Assembly: GCA_036525535.1 (NCBI GenBank)
Contig: DATDAH010000199.1
Coordinates: 582-64,581 of the forward strand
Reading direction: 5' to 3'
DNA: 64,000 nt
Source: Acidimicrobiales bacterium
GTDB taxonomy: Bacteria; Actinomycetota; Acidimicrobiia; Acidimicrobiales; DATDAH01
Shown: piece by piece, positions 62,732-64,000 of the stretch
Layout of the letters: each line of letters starts with the position of its first letter
Position numbering within the stretch: the first letter of the stretch is position 1
Notes under the pieces: generated by a model
The model's database searches: none
Seen by the model: the letters and a program-made list of their open reading frames with translations, nothing else
Told to the model about the DNA's origin: nothing
Translations under genes and position numbers: made by a program

Positions 62732-63952
62732 GTGTCGACCGCCGCGCTGATGGACGCGCCCGCCTCGGTCGCCCTGGCCAGGCCCGGTGCGGTGCGCCGG
62801 GTCGTCCTCCTCGGCCTACTGCTCAACATCGGTCTGGTCGCCTTCTGCGCGGCGACTTACGGGGGCGGAGCCGAATGGTTCGTGAAGTTCGGTGAGGACG
62901 GGGCCTACACGCCCTACGCCCGAGAGGTGCTGGGCGACGACCTGCTCGTCCCCCTCGAGGACGGCCACGACGGACAGGGCTACTGGCTGCAGGCCCGGGA
63001 CCCGCTCCTGGTGGACGGCAACCGCATGGCGGCCACGTTCGACCGCCCGGCCTACCGGGCCCAGCGGATGCTCTACCCCACCCTGGCCGCGCCCTTCCGC
63101 CTCGTCGGCGAGGACGCCGTCCTCTGGGGCCTGGTCGTGGTGAACCTGGTCGCCGTCGGGTTCGGCACGCTCTGGGCCACGCGGCTGGCCCAGGCCACCG
63201 GGGCGCCTGAACGGGCCGGGTTGGCCTTCGCGCTGAACCCGTTGATCGCCATCTCCCTGGTCATGGACTTCGCCGACGCCCTGGCGCTGGCCGCCCTGGT
63301 CGGGGTCGCCTTGGCCGTGCACCGCCAGCGCTGGGGGTGGGCAGTGGCCGCCGGCGTCACCGCGGTGCTGGCCAAGGACGTGACGGGGGCCGCCCTCGCC
63401 GCGCTCGTGCTGCTGTGGCCCGTTGCCGGCGCCGTCCGGCGGCGCTGGGCGATCGTCGTCATCCCTGCGTTGGCGGCGGTGGGATGGGCGGTGTACGTCC
63501 GCTGGCGCCTGGGTTGGCCGGCCAGCGCCATCGAGGAGTTCACGCCCGTCCCCCTGTGGGGCTACGTCGACGCGTACCGGCGAGGCTGGAGCCAGCACGG
63601 CAACTGGGGCGACGCGCTGTTCTCGGTCTTCCTGCTGGCCGCGGCCGCGGTGGTGGTCGGGCGCTGGTGGCGGCGCCGAAACGTCGAGATGACGATGGCC
63701 CTGCCCTTCGCCCTGCTGGTGCCGTTCCTGACGGCCACGGTGACCGACCTGGCCATCAACTCGTTCCGGGTCATCGCCCCGGCCCTGACCTTCGTGGTCA
63801 TCGACTGGTACGCCGAGACCGCGGGCCGCGCTCAGGCGGCCAGTGACGCCACCCATTCATCGACCAGGTCGCCCAGGATGGGCAGCGTGACCGCGCCGTG
63901 GGCCAGGACAGCGTCGTGGAAGCCCTTGATGTCGAAGCGGTCGCCCAGCTGA
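62732..63952 (+). CDS. Hypothetical polytopic membrane protein (GT-C-like glycosyltransferase fold suspected)
   Basis: About 10 TM segments with a loop 'EDGHDGQGYWLQARDP'. The last roughly 40 codons overlap the convergent DUF885 gene and look non-hydrophobic and low-complexity, so the 3' end is doubtful. Confidence 0.55.
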   Translation: MSTAALMDAPASVALARPGAVRRVVLLGLLLNIGLVAFCAATYGGGAEWFVKFGEDGAYTPYAREVLGDDLLVPLEDGHDGQGYWLQARDPLLVDGNRMAATFDRPAYRAQRMLYPTLAAPFRLVGEDAVLWGLVVVNLVAVGFGTLWATRLAQATGAPERAGLAFALNPLIAISLVMDFADALALAALVGVALAVHRQRWGWAVAAGVTAVLAKDVTGAALAALVLLWPVAGAVRRRWAIVVIPALAAVGWAVYVRWRLGWPASAIEEFTPVPLWGYVDAYRRGWSQHGNWGDALFSVFLLAAAAVVVGRWWRRRNVEMTMALPFALLVPFLTATVTDLAINSFRVIAPALTFVVIDWYAETAGRAQAASDATHSSTRSPRMGSVTAPWARTASWKPLMSKRSPS

Positions 63953-64000
63953 TCCCGGGCCGCGGCCCGGAGCCGGAAGAACTCCCGCTGCCCCGCCTTG
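63832..64000 (-). CDS. DUF885 domain-containing protein (C-terminal fragment; the gene continues beyond the window)
   Basis: The minus strand reads '...ARDQLGDRFDIKGFHDAVLAHGAVTLPILGDLVDEWVASLAA*', a typical DUF885 C-terminus. Confidence 0.65.
   Translation of the reverse strand, partial: KAGQREFFRLRAAARDQLGDRFDIKGFHDAVLAHGAVTLPILGDLVDEWVASLAA

Noticed and set aside
1-64000. CRISPR arrays, rRNA genes, transposases or IS elements, and tandem repeats
   Set aside because: I saw no regularly spaced direct repeats, rRNA-like segments or transposase, integrase or recombinase motifs in any frame during manual reading. Short dispersed repeats could still be missed without a computational scan.

Overview
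64 kb of high-GC (about 70%) chromosomal DNA. It looks actinobacterial: mshA, a whiB-family gene, clpS-DUF2017 and a rex-hemA-hemC-cobA/hemD operon are present. A caa3-type oxidase instead of aa3 suggests a deep lineage such as Acidimicrobiia, but that placement is inference. I call about 75 tightly packed CDS, many joined by 4-nt or 8-nt start/stop overlaps, and one tRNA-Lys(UUU). I saw no rRNA, CRISPR array, transposase or integrase. All calls come from reading the supplied translations and the sequence by eye; no searches were run. Many long ORFs in the six-frame track are antisense or run-on artefacts of the GC content, so I trimmed them to the recognisable domain.

Main blocks:
- livGF plus a convergent operon for a substrate-binding protein, an ALDH7-type piperideine-6-carboxylate dehydrogenase, an FAD oxidase and a group II decarboxylase.
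- clpS and a respiratory island: ctaA, ctaB, three unusual membrane genes, then ctaC(caa3)-ctaD-ctaE-ctaF-ctaG.
- serS and sdhCD without sdhAB.
- A ResA/CcdA cytochrome c maturation pair.
- A WhiB7-like gene with a leader uORF and attenuator.
- orn, dut, an ATP-dependent ligase and a ROK kinase.
- A secreted RNase Sa-like/barstar pair next to the tRNA.
- An RsiG-like anti-sigma factor, an XRE regulator, mshA, an M23 peptidase and proC.
- Two ABC-2 exporters and an orphan encapsulated-ferritin-like gene.

Most interesting observation: immediately upstream of the true caa3 oxidase genes lies a CoxI paralog in which every canonical histidine ligand is replaced. It is followed by a divergent CoxIII-like gene and a 6-TM protein of unknown function.

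Other notable points:
- The RsiG-like protein carries two intact E(X)3S(X)2R(X)3Q(X)3D c-di-GMP motifs.
- The WhiB7-like gene has a complete uORF/terminator attenuator.
- The M23 peptidase gene has a strongly structured leader.
- The EncFtn-like gene has no targeting peptide and no encapsulin nearby.
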